Shown here in pieces: positions 36,730-48,467 of a DNA stretch of 64,000 bases. Every line of letters begins with the position of its first letter. Positions within the stretch are counted from its first letter, which is position 1. The stretch is taken from NCBI RefSeq assembly GCF_902713615.1, contig NW_024055500.1, forward strand, positions 1-64,000, in the 5' to 3' direction. The position numbers and the translations under genes are program-made. Below the pieces are notes generated by a model. It worked only from the letters and a program-made list of their open reading frames with translations. It did not search any database and was not told the DNA's origin. Origin of the DNA: Scyliorhinus canicula. Taxonomy: Eukaryota.

Positions 36730-36986
36730 TTCAGTAACACGGGCTGTGTACAGTCAGACAGCAGTGTAGATCACTGGGCAGCTGCTTTAATACTTTCAGT
36801 AACACCGGCTGTGTACAGTCAGACAGCAGTGTCGATCACTGGGCAGCTGCTTTAATACTTTCAGTAACACCGGCTGTGTACAGTCAGACAGCAGTGTAGA
36901 TCACTGGGCAGCTGCTTTAATACTTTCAGTAATACTGGATGTGTACAGTCAGACAGCAGTGTAGATCACTGGGCACCTGCTTTAAT
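36730..36986. repeat. Tandem array, 4 x 65 bp
   Basis: Units start at 36730, 36795, 36860 and 36925 (ttcagtaacaccggctgtgtacagtcagacagcagtgtagatcactgggcagctgctttaatact). Confidence 0.95.
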
Positions 36987-37109
36987 GTCGGTGTGATTTT
37001 AATTTTGTACAAAACAATTCGGAACTGGAACAATGAACATTCCTGCAACTTAATAGATTTTCATGTTGAAAATGGCAATTTCAGGCCGTAAAATTATTGT
37101 CATATTATG

Positions 37110-38320
37110 TCAGAGTGTTTTCTTCATTCTTGTGATGCAGACGTCTCTGGCTGGACCAGCATTTATTTCCCATCCCTCAGTGTCCTTGCGAAGGTGGTGG
37201 TGAGCTTCATTCTTCAACCACTGCAGTCCATGTGGTGTTTGGGAGGCAGCTCCAGAATTTTGAATCATGGATAGTGAAGGAACAATGTGATATCTTGAGG
37301 TCACGATGGTGAGAGGCTGGATGGAGAAATTCCAGTTGGTGATGTTCCCATGTGTCTGCTGTCCTTGTACAGATGGCAGCTGTTGTGAGTTTTGAAGGTG
37401 CTGCCTCAGGAGCCATGACGAGTTTCTGCAGAGCATGTTGTAGGTGTTACACACTGCTGCCAGTGTCCCTCAGTGGTGGAGGGAGGGAGTGGTGGTCGAT
37501 GGTGTGCCAATTAAGCGGGCTACTTTTGTATCATTGGAGCTACATTCATCCAGGCAAGTGGAGAGTATTCCATCACACTCTTGAATCGTGCCTTGCAGAT
37601 GGTGATATGGAGATGCCGGCGTTGGACTGGGGTGAGCACAGTAAGAAGTCTCACTCAGGTGACTCACCTGATGAAGGAGCTGCGCTCCGAAAGCTAGAGA
37701 TTCCAAACAAACCTGTTGGACTTTAACCTGGTGTTGCAGATAGTGGACAGGCTTTGGGGCGTCAGGAGGTGTTTTTGTTGCAGAATTCCGAGTCTCTGAC
37801 CTGTTATCACAGCCACACAGTGTATATGGCGAGTCCAGTTCAGTTTCTGGTCAATGGTCAGCAGGGGATTCAGCGATGGTAATTCCATTGAATGGTATTG
37901 GGGTGATCGTTCGATCTTCGCTTGTTTGAGATGCCCATTGCGTGCACTTGTCTGGTGCGAATGTTCCTTTCCCCTTGTAAGTCCAAGCCTGGATATAGTC
38001 CAGATCTTGCTGCATTTAGCAATGGACTGCTTCAGTAACTGCGGAGATCGTGCAATGATCAGCTAAAATCCCCACTTCTGACTTTTGGAAGGTCATTGCT
38101 GAAGCAGCTAAAGATGGCGGGGCCAACACTGAGGAACCCCTGCAGTGATGTCCTGGAACTGAGATGATCGACCTCCAGAAACCAAAACCATCTTCCGTTC
38201 GGTATGACTCAAACCAGCGGGGAATTTCCCCCCGATTCCCATAAACGTCAGTTTTGCTCGGGGTCCTTGATGCAACACTGGTTCAAATGTTGCCTTGATG
38301 TCACGAACAGTCACACTCAG
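37110..38320 (-). mobile_element. Degenerate L2/CR1-clade LINE with a Penelope-like insert at about 37612-37735; related fragments at 39960-40200, 54040-54800 and 56560-57790
   Basis: ITAGVPQ RT-flanking motif and DQKLNWTRHI; 3' end shared with the plus-strand copies. Confidence 0.65.
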
Positions 38321-39027
38321 CTGTCTGTGTGTTCTTGCATGTGTGTATCCCTATGTGCGTGTTCCTAGGTGTTCCTGTGTGTGTGTGTGTGTGTGTGTGT
38401 GCGTTCCTGTGTTTGTATGTGTCCCTCTGTATCCCTGTGTGCGTGGTCCTGTGTGTCTGTAAGCGTGTGTGTCTGTTTCTGTTTGTGTGTTGCTGTGTGT
38501 GTGATGAGTGTGTGTGCTCCTGAGTGTGTGTATATGTGTGTGTGTTTCCTTGCGTGTGAGTGTGTTGCTGTTTTGTGCGTCTGAGTGTAAGTGTGTGTGA
38601 ACATATGTGTGTGTTCCTGTGTGTGTGAGAGAGAGAGAGATAGGCAGAGTACGTGTATGGATGTGAGATAGGTTTAGAGGGAGAATAAAAGAATGTGCAA
38701 GTGATAGTTTCTGTGTGAGTGTGTGTGAGGGGAAGTGTGTGTGTGAGATTTTATGTGTGGGTGAGAGAGGCAATGTGTGTGAGAGTGTGTGTAAATGGCA
38801 GATTGTGTGCGTGAGTTCGAGATAGTGTGTGTATGATGAGTGTGTGTGAGAGATTAGACAGCGTGTGAGTGTGTACCTCAGACAGTGAGAGAGAGACCAC
38901 GTGTGTCAGAGAGAGACAGAATGTGGGGGCACGTTTGTGTGTTTCTGAGAACGTGTGATCGAGTATGCCAAAGAACATGTCTGAGTTTGAGTGAAAGAAA
39001 GTGTATTCACGAGGTATGTATGTACCA

Positions 39028-39059
<32 letters not shown>

Positions 39060-39960
39060 AATAAGTGCTTGTGTGAGTATGTGTGTGAGAGTGTGCATGT
39101 GCGAAAGAGAGAGATTGTGTGAGAGACACGTGACACAGTGTGCCTGAGAGGGAGCAGGTGAGAGAATGTATGTGTGACAGGGTGCGTGTGTGTGTCTGTG
39201 GAAGTGTGTGTGAGAGAAAGGGAGAGAGATCGTATGTTTGAGATTGTGTGTGTGAAATAAGGAATGATTCTGTTTGAAGAGCGATTATGGATGTGGGACT
39301 GTGTGTGGGAGAGAGAGATCTGTGTGTCTGAGATAGTGTCTGTTGCAGAATTCCGAATGAAAGAATGTGCGTATGAGAGAGTATGAGAGAGTGCACCTCC
39401 TGATGCCTGAAATAGAGAGATAGATTGTTTGTCAGAGAGAGAGAATGAGACAGTGTCCATGAGAGAGAGAGAGGGCATGTGCCAGGGTGCACGTGTGAGA
39501 GTGCGCGAGAGCGAGGGAGTGAGAGAGTAATAATGTGGTGGCGAGTTTGTATGCGTCTGAGATATTGTATATGTATATAAGAGGGAATGTGTGTGAGAGA
39601 GAGCCTGAAAGAAAAAAATGCTACGTGTGAAGAGTGATTATGCTTGTATGTGAGGGAGAGAGACGGTCTGTGTGTTTGAGAGTGGGTGTGAGAGTGAGGC
39701 AAGGTGTGTCAGAGATTTGGTGAAAGAGAGTACATGTGAGATAGAGCGTGTGTGAGTGAGAGAGCGTGTGAGTGAGAGCGCGTGAGTGAGAGATCATCAC
39801 AGTGTGTCTGAGAGTGAGATTGTGAGTGTGTGATTGCGTGTGAGGCACAGTGTGTATGTTTGAAAGAAATATTGTGATTATGTGTGTGAGAGAATGAGTT
39901 TGTGTGAGGATGTGAGAGAATGTGTGTGTGAGCGACCGAGAGTATGCATGTGTTTGTGAT
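38320..39960. repeat. (TG)n/(GA)n low-complexity region
   Basis: Directly visible. Confidence 0.85.
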
Positions 39961-42900
39961 GATGTATGGGTGCACCAAAACCTGCAAGTTCCCCTCCAGG
40001 ACACTCACCATCCTGATTTGGGAACACGCCGCCAATCCTTCACTGTCGCCGAGTCAAAATTCTGGACCTCCCTCCCTGACAATATTGCAGATAGACCTCC
40101 GCCACATAGACTGCAGCTATTCAAGGATGCTTCACATCAAAACTTTCCCAAGGACCCTTAGGCATATATAATAAAATCTAGCCTTGCCAGCGCCTCCAGA
40201 ATCCTAGGATAGGATTAAAAATAAAATGCAAAGGGATTTATCCGCTGCACTGGCCCATTAAATAGATCAAGGACTGCCATAGCACGGAATGTAGCCCAAT
40301 AAATCGCTCTCTGCATTGCCGAATTGAAAATTCCCAAGACCAATATATCACTGCTTAAAAATCAACCAAATCTCCTTTTCCAGCCTGTCTGGCGTTGCCG
40401 AATTATTTCTGACTGTCACAATCTGGGTTTGGAATCCCCTTTCTGAGTCGCCTAGTCAAACATCAAGTACAATTTCCACATTCCACACAGATACAAGTTT
40501 TATTGAAGGACTTGATCAAATTGTACTCCCTGAAATACTGGAAAATGAAGCAGAAGATTTACAACCAATCAGGAAGATTCCTTGTCTCAGCACAGTGACC
40601 GCACGCACAGAAACTGAACAGACAGAAATTACAACAATCGAGTTCCAGCAGATAGATCTGTTCAATCTGTCAATTTCATGAAACTGTTTGATTCTAATTT
40701 ATCAATGGCCAACTTCCGACAACAATAATTTAGTGACTTATTTGAAATTAAACTGACATTAATTTCAAAACTGCATTCGGTTTTTAACTATTTCTCTCTG
40801 TCTCAAAACTCGATAATTGGGCAAAAAGTAGTTTTGCTGAAAATTAGCAGATTAAATATTACAGATTCAGGGTAGATTAATGACGGAACAGAGACTCAGT
40901 GACAGGGCAATAATTAAACAAACCAGGAAATATTCACATTACCCACTGATATGATCTAAAATCACAATTAAATGTAATCAGAAAAAGAATCAGGGCAAAA
41001 GAATGTAATCAGAAAAAGAATTTAGCTGCACACAGCAGTATAAATAACTGTATGGTTTCCTAAATTAATTTCAGATATTATTAAAATTCTCTAAAACATT
41101 TGAGATATTGTACGCCAGGAAACAACTCAATTGTAGGAGATCATATATGTTGAATTAATTATCATTGATATTGTATTGTAAGTTATTGTTAATTGTCAGC
41201 TAATTCTTTATTCGATTATCTGTACTATAATAATAAATATAATAAAAATAGCATTCAATAATCCCCAATTTGTTTTTACCCAGAGCTTTATGAAATAATT
41301 GGGATTTAATTAAAACAACCTGACAATCAAACAATGTTGAACAGTAAACTCCAAATTACTCGATGTAATCATCTTAACATTTAATTGGCTATATTCACAT
41401 TTTATTTTTTTTACTCCAATTGCTCTATTCGACCTACAAATGTGTAAAATATGCGCCTTTCTGAACACATTGATAAATCATAAACTCCATCTATTCTCAG
41501 AAAGTCATGAACAGCTCAGTAATATTTATTCAAATCATTTGCAAAACTCACCCATTATGAGCAAGTGGAGTCGACAATTTATTGTTGAATTTAGCATTTA
41601 ATAAAATTTAAGCTTAAAGCCGAGATATAATCATTCCTTCTTTCCAATCATCTGTTCTTCCTATAATTCTATCGTGTGTCGAGCACAGCCGTGGGAGACA
41701 GAATGTCATTATAAATGCAGAGGTACTGTTAACCTTTTGTAAATAAATAAATCGGTTTGACATTCAAGCTTTTACTTTTCAATCTAATGCCATATGCAAT
41801 CTGAACTTTCCTATAATACAAATAAAATCATGGGAACAATTCCTTGATTGGCAGCGACTTCCACATCTCAGAAAACTGTTTCAGGTTAGATTAATGATAA
41901 TTACCTCGCTATCCAACTACGCATTACAGTGAAGATATAATATAGTTGCAGCGGCACAGAAATAATAGAATAACTGGAACTACAAAGTATTTCCAGCCTA
42001 GAAACCTGTCCGGTCATGCAAACCTCGTGCAGAACACAGCAGGATTGTGAAAGGTGATTAATGATGAATTATATTAATATATAATAACCTTTGGTTAATA
42101 TAGAGTTGCATCACCGCAGTGCAATGGTTTGAATTATCTAAATGTTACTATGTTCTGTATGGGCGTTTCAGTCATTATTTCGTTTAATCTGGAAGATTCA
42201 ATTAAAATTATAAAATGCATCAACATATCTTTATTAGATTATTTTCTTAAGCCTGGCTGTTTTCTCCCGACAATCGCCCTTCAAGCATTTTCAAACGCCG
42301 AGACTTGCATTCAACCAGAAAACGTGTAACCGCTCAGTGTCACGGAGTTTAAACAATGCAGAAACAATGCAGAAACGCTGAACCGTTTGACAGATCTGAA
42401 TCGTTTAAAGTCACCCAGATACACAATCTCCTCAACAGAACACAACACTAAATCACATCAATGAAAGACTGAAACCCGTTTATGGAGAAGCAGCTCAATT
42501 CTACATCGAACAGGATCAAACTTAATATTGCAAGAAAATATCAATATCCAGCAAACCAGCTCGCAACCAAATGTATAAATTATTAAACTAAACAGAAATG
42601 TGGAATAACAGCAATAGCATTGCGAGGTGCTCGAATATTAACAACAAATAAATATTGAAACGTAACCATTTTTTTCATACTGAGCCATTTCTCAAACACA
42701 TTTAAATGCTCTTAATGTTTGCAGTTCATGGTAAAATCTGCAACCATCAGATGCAATTAAACTTTGCACAAACGGCAAACTGATTGCAGCAACAACATGT
42801 GCTCGGAAAGGATTGTCGTAAAACGTGGCTTAGTTTAATCTGCAATTTTCACTTTTTTTCAAGATGCAGAAACAGCCTTCCTGTTCTCTGCCTACCATCC

Positions 42901-43653
42901 TGAGACAAACAGTTTCAAACACGTAGACTCTTTGCATTCAATCACAAACCGTGTAACCGCTCAGTGTCACCGAGTTGAAACACACCAAACCGTTTCACAA
43001 ACTTTCCTGCACAAAGTCACCCAAAAACATTCCTCAGCAGGAAAACACCAAATCACATCACTGAAGGAATGAAACATCATAGAGAAGCAGCTCAATTCTA
43101 CAAACACTTCCAAAAGAATCACCTGTAACATTGCAAGAAAATTTCAATTTAGAATGCACCAAACCCTCATGTCATCAAATGAATGAACAGGTAAACTAAA
43201 CAGAAAACTTGAATAATATCATCAGCACTTTCAGTATGAAGAACATGTTCAATAAGATAATACAGAAACTTTAGCGCATTTTGTCAATGTTGGGTTCGAT
43301 CTCATACACTTGTGCGGAAGACGGTACAAACTGCAGTCATTAGATAGAACCGAGATTAAACATCATAAAAACAGACGTTTTGTATTTAAAGTAACCCAGC
43401 CACACAGTATCCTCAGCAAATAAACATCAGATCACAGCAAACAGGGACTGAATCCCTCAGCAGCATCTTTCTGTCAAGAAACCTCGGGATTCTATATCCC
43501 CCTTTCAGCAGAATCAAATGAAACATTGCAACAACATCGCAGTACATGATCCACCAAAACACATTTCAGTGAACGAATGGATTTTGAAAATGCAGAAAAA
43601 TATAAAACAAATACTCAAGTAAAACAGTTGGTAAATGACGGAATGGTTCTTAC

Positions 43654-43701
43654 CTGCAGTCACCGTCACCATGGTGCCTTGTCCCCAGTAGTCGAAGGCG
43701 T
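43654..43701 (-). CDS. IGHJ: JH gene segment
   Basis: AFDYWGQGTMVTVTA then |gtaag; 5' RSS GGTTATTGT-23-CACTGTG (43702-43740). Confidence 0.97.
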
Positions 43702-44090
43702 CACAGTGTCACATTCCCTGGGCTGCTCCATACAATAACCGCACCTGCACAAAATAGACAGAAATCCACCATTATTTTAAATATTCACAAACCAACGGCA
43801 AAGAAAATTCACGATTAATTTTCAGGAAATTATATTAATATTTGTGGATACCGTTCTCACTTCATAAATGACCGAATGTTTTATATTTCACAGACATGGA
43901 AATGTTATTGAAAACACCAATTGTGACTAAATAACGACAACCAATTTTCCACATTAATTATTGTCATTTTGTCAGTGCTGGAGATAAATAATACTTCACT
44001 GTGAATAAAGTTGGATTGTAAAAACGAGCACCGAGCCAGCCTCAGTTAATTAGTGCTGAGGGGCTTTTTGTATTAACAGTAACTGCTGTG

Positions 44091-44100
44091 CCCCAGGTAT
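44091..44100 (-). CDS. IGHD: D2 segment (atacctgggg), flanked by 12/12 RSSs
   Basis: 3' RSS CACAGCA-12-ACAAAAAGC (44063-44090); 5' RSS plus-strand CACAATG-12-TCAAATACT (44101-44128). Confidence 0.9.
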
Positions 44101-44476
44101 CACAATGAGACACAGCGTGTCAAATACTGCGGCAGACTGTTAACTGTAAAATACAGAGATTTAATTTCACTGTTCACCCAGAAAACTAACTGTCTCTTCC
44201 AAGAGCGAATGGGTGAGTTATTTCAGCTTGTCCTGGTAATTACATTTATAAAGAGGATCAGAACACTTTTAAACCCTCTGTGCAGAATTCGCGTGTCGGT
44301 CAACAAAGATAAAGTGGAAGATTTTTATACCTTTTTGCAAACTACTATTACTTCCAAACTTTGTTTTATTTAAAGTTCATTGACATTGACAATCCTGCTG
44401 TGGCGCTGATCACCAATTTGAACAAACTATTTCACTGAGGTTTTTGTATGAGGATGTCGCTGTGCACAGCACTGTG

Positions 44477-44491
44477 ACCCACTGCTGTAGT
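44477..44491 (-). CDS. IGHD: D1 segment (actacagcagtgggt), flanked by 12/22 RSSs
   Basis: 5' RSS plus-strand CACAGTG-12-ACAAAAACT (44492-44519); 3' RSS CACAGTG-22-ACAAAAACC (44439-44476). Confidence 0.95.
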
Positions 44492-44880
44492 CACAGTGAC
44501 AGACACCCGCACAAAAACTGCACTCACTCTCTGTTCAGTCCTGCCGCTCAATATTCACTTCAAATACACGTTTACTTCTGATCTAATTTACAATTTAGGC
44601 AGCAGTTTACAAAACACAATGTACAACGCTCTGCTCAAATTATAGACATAATAAAACAAGTATCCTGTTCAGGTCAGTGATTGCTGAAACTGAGACATTA
44701 CATATAAACACAGTCACATTGATATCAGTAGGTTCGTTAGGTTTTACTGCGAACATTTGTCTGTCTCAGTTGTGTCAGACGCGGTTCGTGGTCCGGTTCT
44801 GACCACTGACATTAATATTAGATTTGAATCAAGTACTGACCTTCAGGTTAAGGTGGAAGTTGCTGAATTCTCTCTCGAGC

Positions 44881-44919
44881 TGTTCTTGTGCGGGTCCAGC
44901 CCTGGTTCCTCTCGCTGTG
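44881..44919 (-). other. VH 23-bp-spacer RSS
   Basis: CACAGCG (44919-44913), 23 nt, ACAAGAACA (44889-44881). Confidence 0.92.
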
Positions 44920-45228
44920 GGTCTCTTGCACAGTAATAGATGGCGGTGTCTTCGGTCTTCAGGTTCGTCATGGCCAAAGAGAAGATGTTGTTCGAGGTGT
45001 CTTTGGACGGAGTAAATCGGCCCTGAATCCCTGGCGCGTAGTGTATGGTGTTGGATGAATCATAGTAGTGAACCAGCCACTCCAGCCCCTGTCCGGGAAC
45101 CTGGCGGATCCAACCCATCCAGTAGCTCCCAAGATTGAAGCCGCTGGTTTTACAGGTCAGTCTCAGGGAGCCTCCGGGACGCCCGGTCTCTGTCTCTGGC
45201 TGAGTCAACACAACATCCGACTGGACAC
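44920..45228 (-). CDS. IGHV: VH exon, germline and unrearranged
   Basis: tttacag|(R)[102 protein letters not shown]; open, both Cys and the Trp present. Confidence 0.98.
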
Positions 45229-45356
45229 CTGTAAATATATATCAAAAAGCCCGAGGATTAATGCTGGTGAAATGATTGGTGACTCTGGAACATTCCAGAG
45301 AGAGACTAACACTGAGACAGTAACAGTGAGAGACTTGGACAATAAAAACTACTCAC

Positions 45357-45402
45357 GGGATAAGAAAGTCAGCAACAAACTGAGAGAAATGGCCCACCTC
45401 AT
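45357..45402 (-). CDS. IGHV: VH leader exon
   Basis: 46-nt exon MRWAISLSLLLTFLS plus C|gtgagt; 128-nt intron to the V exon. Confidence 0.95.
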
Positions 45403-45492
45403 CCTTCTGGTCATTTGGGGGAAATGGTTGTGTCAGGAACTCAGTGAACAAACCAGCTCCCGGACTGTTGGATTCGGGTCCCAGTGAGCGGC

Positions 45493-45501
45493 ATTTAAAT
45501 A
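45493..45501 (-). promoter_or_regulatory. VH TATA-like box (TATTTAAAT)
   Basis: About 90 nt upstream of the leader ATG. Confidence 0.65.
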
Positions 45502-45869
45502 CCCGGCAGAAGGGGGCGGCTTTCCAGGCGCCGCCTGTTGATTCCCTGGTGGAGGCGGCGCCTGGATCCACGTCCCACCTTCCACCACCGCCCCCCCCCC
45601 CCACCTCCCCTCCCCCTCCCCCCCCTCCCCTCCCCGAACAGAATTGACCCAGAGATTTACTATAGGTTATTATTAAAATAGGCATTTTTCTGTATCGGGA
45701 TATTTGTTTGTCTGACTGGATTCATTGTAATGTCTCTCATCATCCTATTGGTGAATTTATATTTTCGCATCTGTTAATTAAACTTAATTCCATTGTCCTT
45801 TATTTCTGTACTCCAACATAAGTGGATGATCACAAACAGATGAAATTATATTAACAGGGAATAAGACGT

Positions 45870-48467
45870 CTGTTATGTACAGACCGCCTAACAGTGGTCA
45901 GGACCAGGGGCGCAACATGTACCGGGAAATAGAAATAGAAATAGAAAAGGCATGTCAGAAAGGCAAGGTCACAGTGATCATGGGGGACTTCAATATGCAG
46001 GTGGATTGGGTAAATAATGTAGCCAGTGGATCCAAAGAAAAGGAATTCATGGAATGCTTACAAGATGGCTTTTTGGAACAGCTTGTCATGGAGCCCACAA
46101 GGGAGCAGGCTATTCTGGACCTAGTGCTATGTAATGAACCAGACTTTATTAAAGATCTTAAAGTAAGGGAACACTTAGGAAGCAGCGATCATAATATGGT
46201 TGAGTTCAGTCTGCAGTTTGAAAGAGAGAAGGCAAAATCGGATGTAATGGTGTTACAGTTAAATAAAGGTAATTACGAGGGCATGAGAGAGGAACTGGTG
46301 AAAATCAACTGGAAGCAGACCCTAGCAGGGAAGACAGTAGAGCAAAAATGGCAGGAGTTTGTATGCATAATTGAGGACACTGTACAGAGGTTCATCCCCA
46401 AGAAAAGAAAGATTATCCAGGGAGGGATTAGACAGCCATGGCTGACAAAGGAGGTCAGGAAATGTATCAAAGAAAAAGAGAGATCCTATAAAGTGGCCAA
46501 AAGCACCGGGAAATCAGAAGATTGGGAAGGCTACAAAAACAAACAGAGGTTAACAAAGAGACAAATAAGGAAGGAGAGGATCAAATATGAAGGCAGGCTA
46601 GCCAGTAATATAAGAAATGATAGTAAAAGTTTCTTTCAATACATAAGAAACAAACGTCAGGCCAAAGTAGACATTGGGCCAATTCAAACTGATTCTGGAA
46701 GGCTAGTGATGGGAGATGAGGAAATGGCTGGAGAACTTAATAAGTACTTTGCGTCTGTCTTCACAGTGGAAGACGTTAGTAATATCCCAAAAATTATAAA
46801 GGGTCAGGGGGCTGAGTTGAGTATGGTTGCCATTACAAAAGAGATGGTGCTAAAAAAGCTAAAAGGTCTTAAAATTGACAAATCTCCTGGCCCCGATGGG
46901 CTACATCCTAGAGTTCTGAGGGAGGTGGCTGAAGAAATAGCGGAAGCGTTGGTTGAGATCTTTCAAAAATCACTGGAGTCAGGGAAAGTCCCGGACGATT
47001 GGAAGATCGCTGTTGTAACCCCCTTGTTCAAGAAAGGATCAAGACAAAAGATGGAAAATTATAGGCCAATTAGCCTAACCTCGGTTGTTGGTAAAATTCT
47101 AGAATCGATCGTTAAGGATGAGATTTCTAATTTCTTGGAAGAGCAGGGTTGGATTAGAACAAGTCAACATGGATTTAGTAAGGGGAGGTCGTGCCTGACG
47201 AACCTGTTAGAATTCTTTGAGGAGGTGACAAGTAGGTTAGACCAGGGAAACCCAGTGGATGTGGTCTATCTGGATTTCCAAAAGGCCTTTGATAAGGTGC
47301 CACACAGGAGGCTGCTGAGTAAGGTGAGGGCCCATGGTGTTCGAGGTGAGCTACTGGCATGGGTTGAGGATTGGCTGTCTGACAGAAGGCAGAGAGTTGG
47401 GATAAAAGGTTCTTTTTCGGAATGGCAGCCGGTGACCAGCGGTGTCCCACAGGGTTCAGTGTTGGGGCCGCAGCTGTTCACCATATATATTAATGATCTG
47501 GATGAAGGGACTGGGGGCATTCTAGCGAAGTTTGCTGATGATACGAAGTTAGGTGGTCAGGCAGGTAGTGCTGAGGAAGTGGGGAGGCTGCAGAAGGATC
47601 TAGACAGTTTGGGAGAGTGGTGCAGGAAATGGCTGATGCATTTCAACGTGAGAAAATGTGAGGTCTTGCACTTTGGAAAAAAGAATCCAAGCATAGACTA
47701 CTTTCTAAACGGTGAGAAAATTCATAATGCCAAAGTACAAAGGGATCTGGGAGTGCTAGTCGAGGATTCCCTAAAGGTAAACATGCAGGTTGAATCCGTG
47801 ATTAAGAAAGCGAATGCTATGTTGTCATTTATCTCAAGAGGGTTGGAATATAAAAGCAGCGATGTGCTACTGAGCCTTTATAAGGCTCTGGTTAGGCCCA
47901 TTTGGAGTACTGTGTCCAGTTTTGGGCCCCACATCTCAGGAAGGACATACTGGCACTGGAGCGTGTCCAGCGGAGATTCACACGGATGATCCCTGGAATG
48001 GCGGGTCTAGCATATGAGGAACGGCTGGCGTTCCTGGGATTGTATTCATTGGAGTTCAGAAGGTTAAGGGGAGATCTAATAGAAACTTACAAGATAATAC
48101 ATGGCTTAGAAAGGATGGACGCAAAGAAACTGTTTCCGTTAGGCGAGGAGACGAGGGCCCGTGGGCACAGCCTTAGAATTAGAGGGGGTAAATTCAAAAC
48201 AGAAATGCGGAGACATTTCTTCAGCCAGAGAGTGGTGGGCCTGTGGAATTCATTGCCGCAGAGTGCAGTGGAGGCCGGGACGCTAAATGGCTTCAAGGCA
48301 GAGATAGATAAATTCTTGATGTCGCGAGGAATTAAGGGCTATGGGGAGAATGCTGGGAGGTGGAGTTGAAATGCCCATCAGCCATGATTGAATGGCGGAG
48401 TGGACTCGATGGGCCGAATGGCCTTACTTCCACTCCTATGTCTTATGGTCTTATGGTCTTATGGTCT
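45870..48467 (+). mobile_element. Young, 5'-truncated CR1 LINE; ORF2 45875-48369 with one frameshift near 47898
   Basis: 704-aa plus 155-aa ORFs with EN (VIMGDFN, SDH) and RT (YRPISLTS, GVPQGSVLGP, FADD); (TCTTATGG)n 3' tail. Confidence 0.95.

Noticed and set aside
38329-40035. HT-rich and CV-rich ORFs (also 20521-21159)
   Set aside because: Translations of (TG)n/(GA)n microsatellite.
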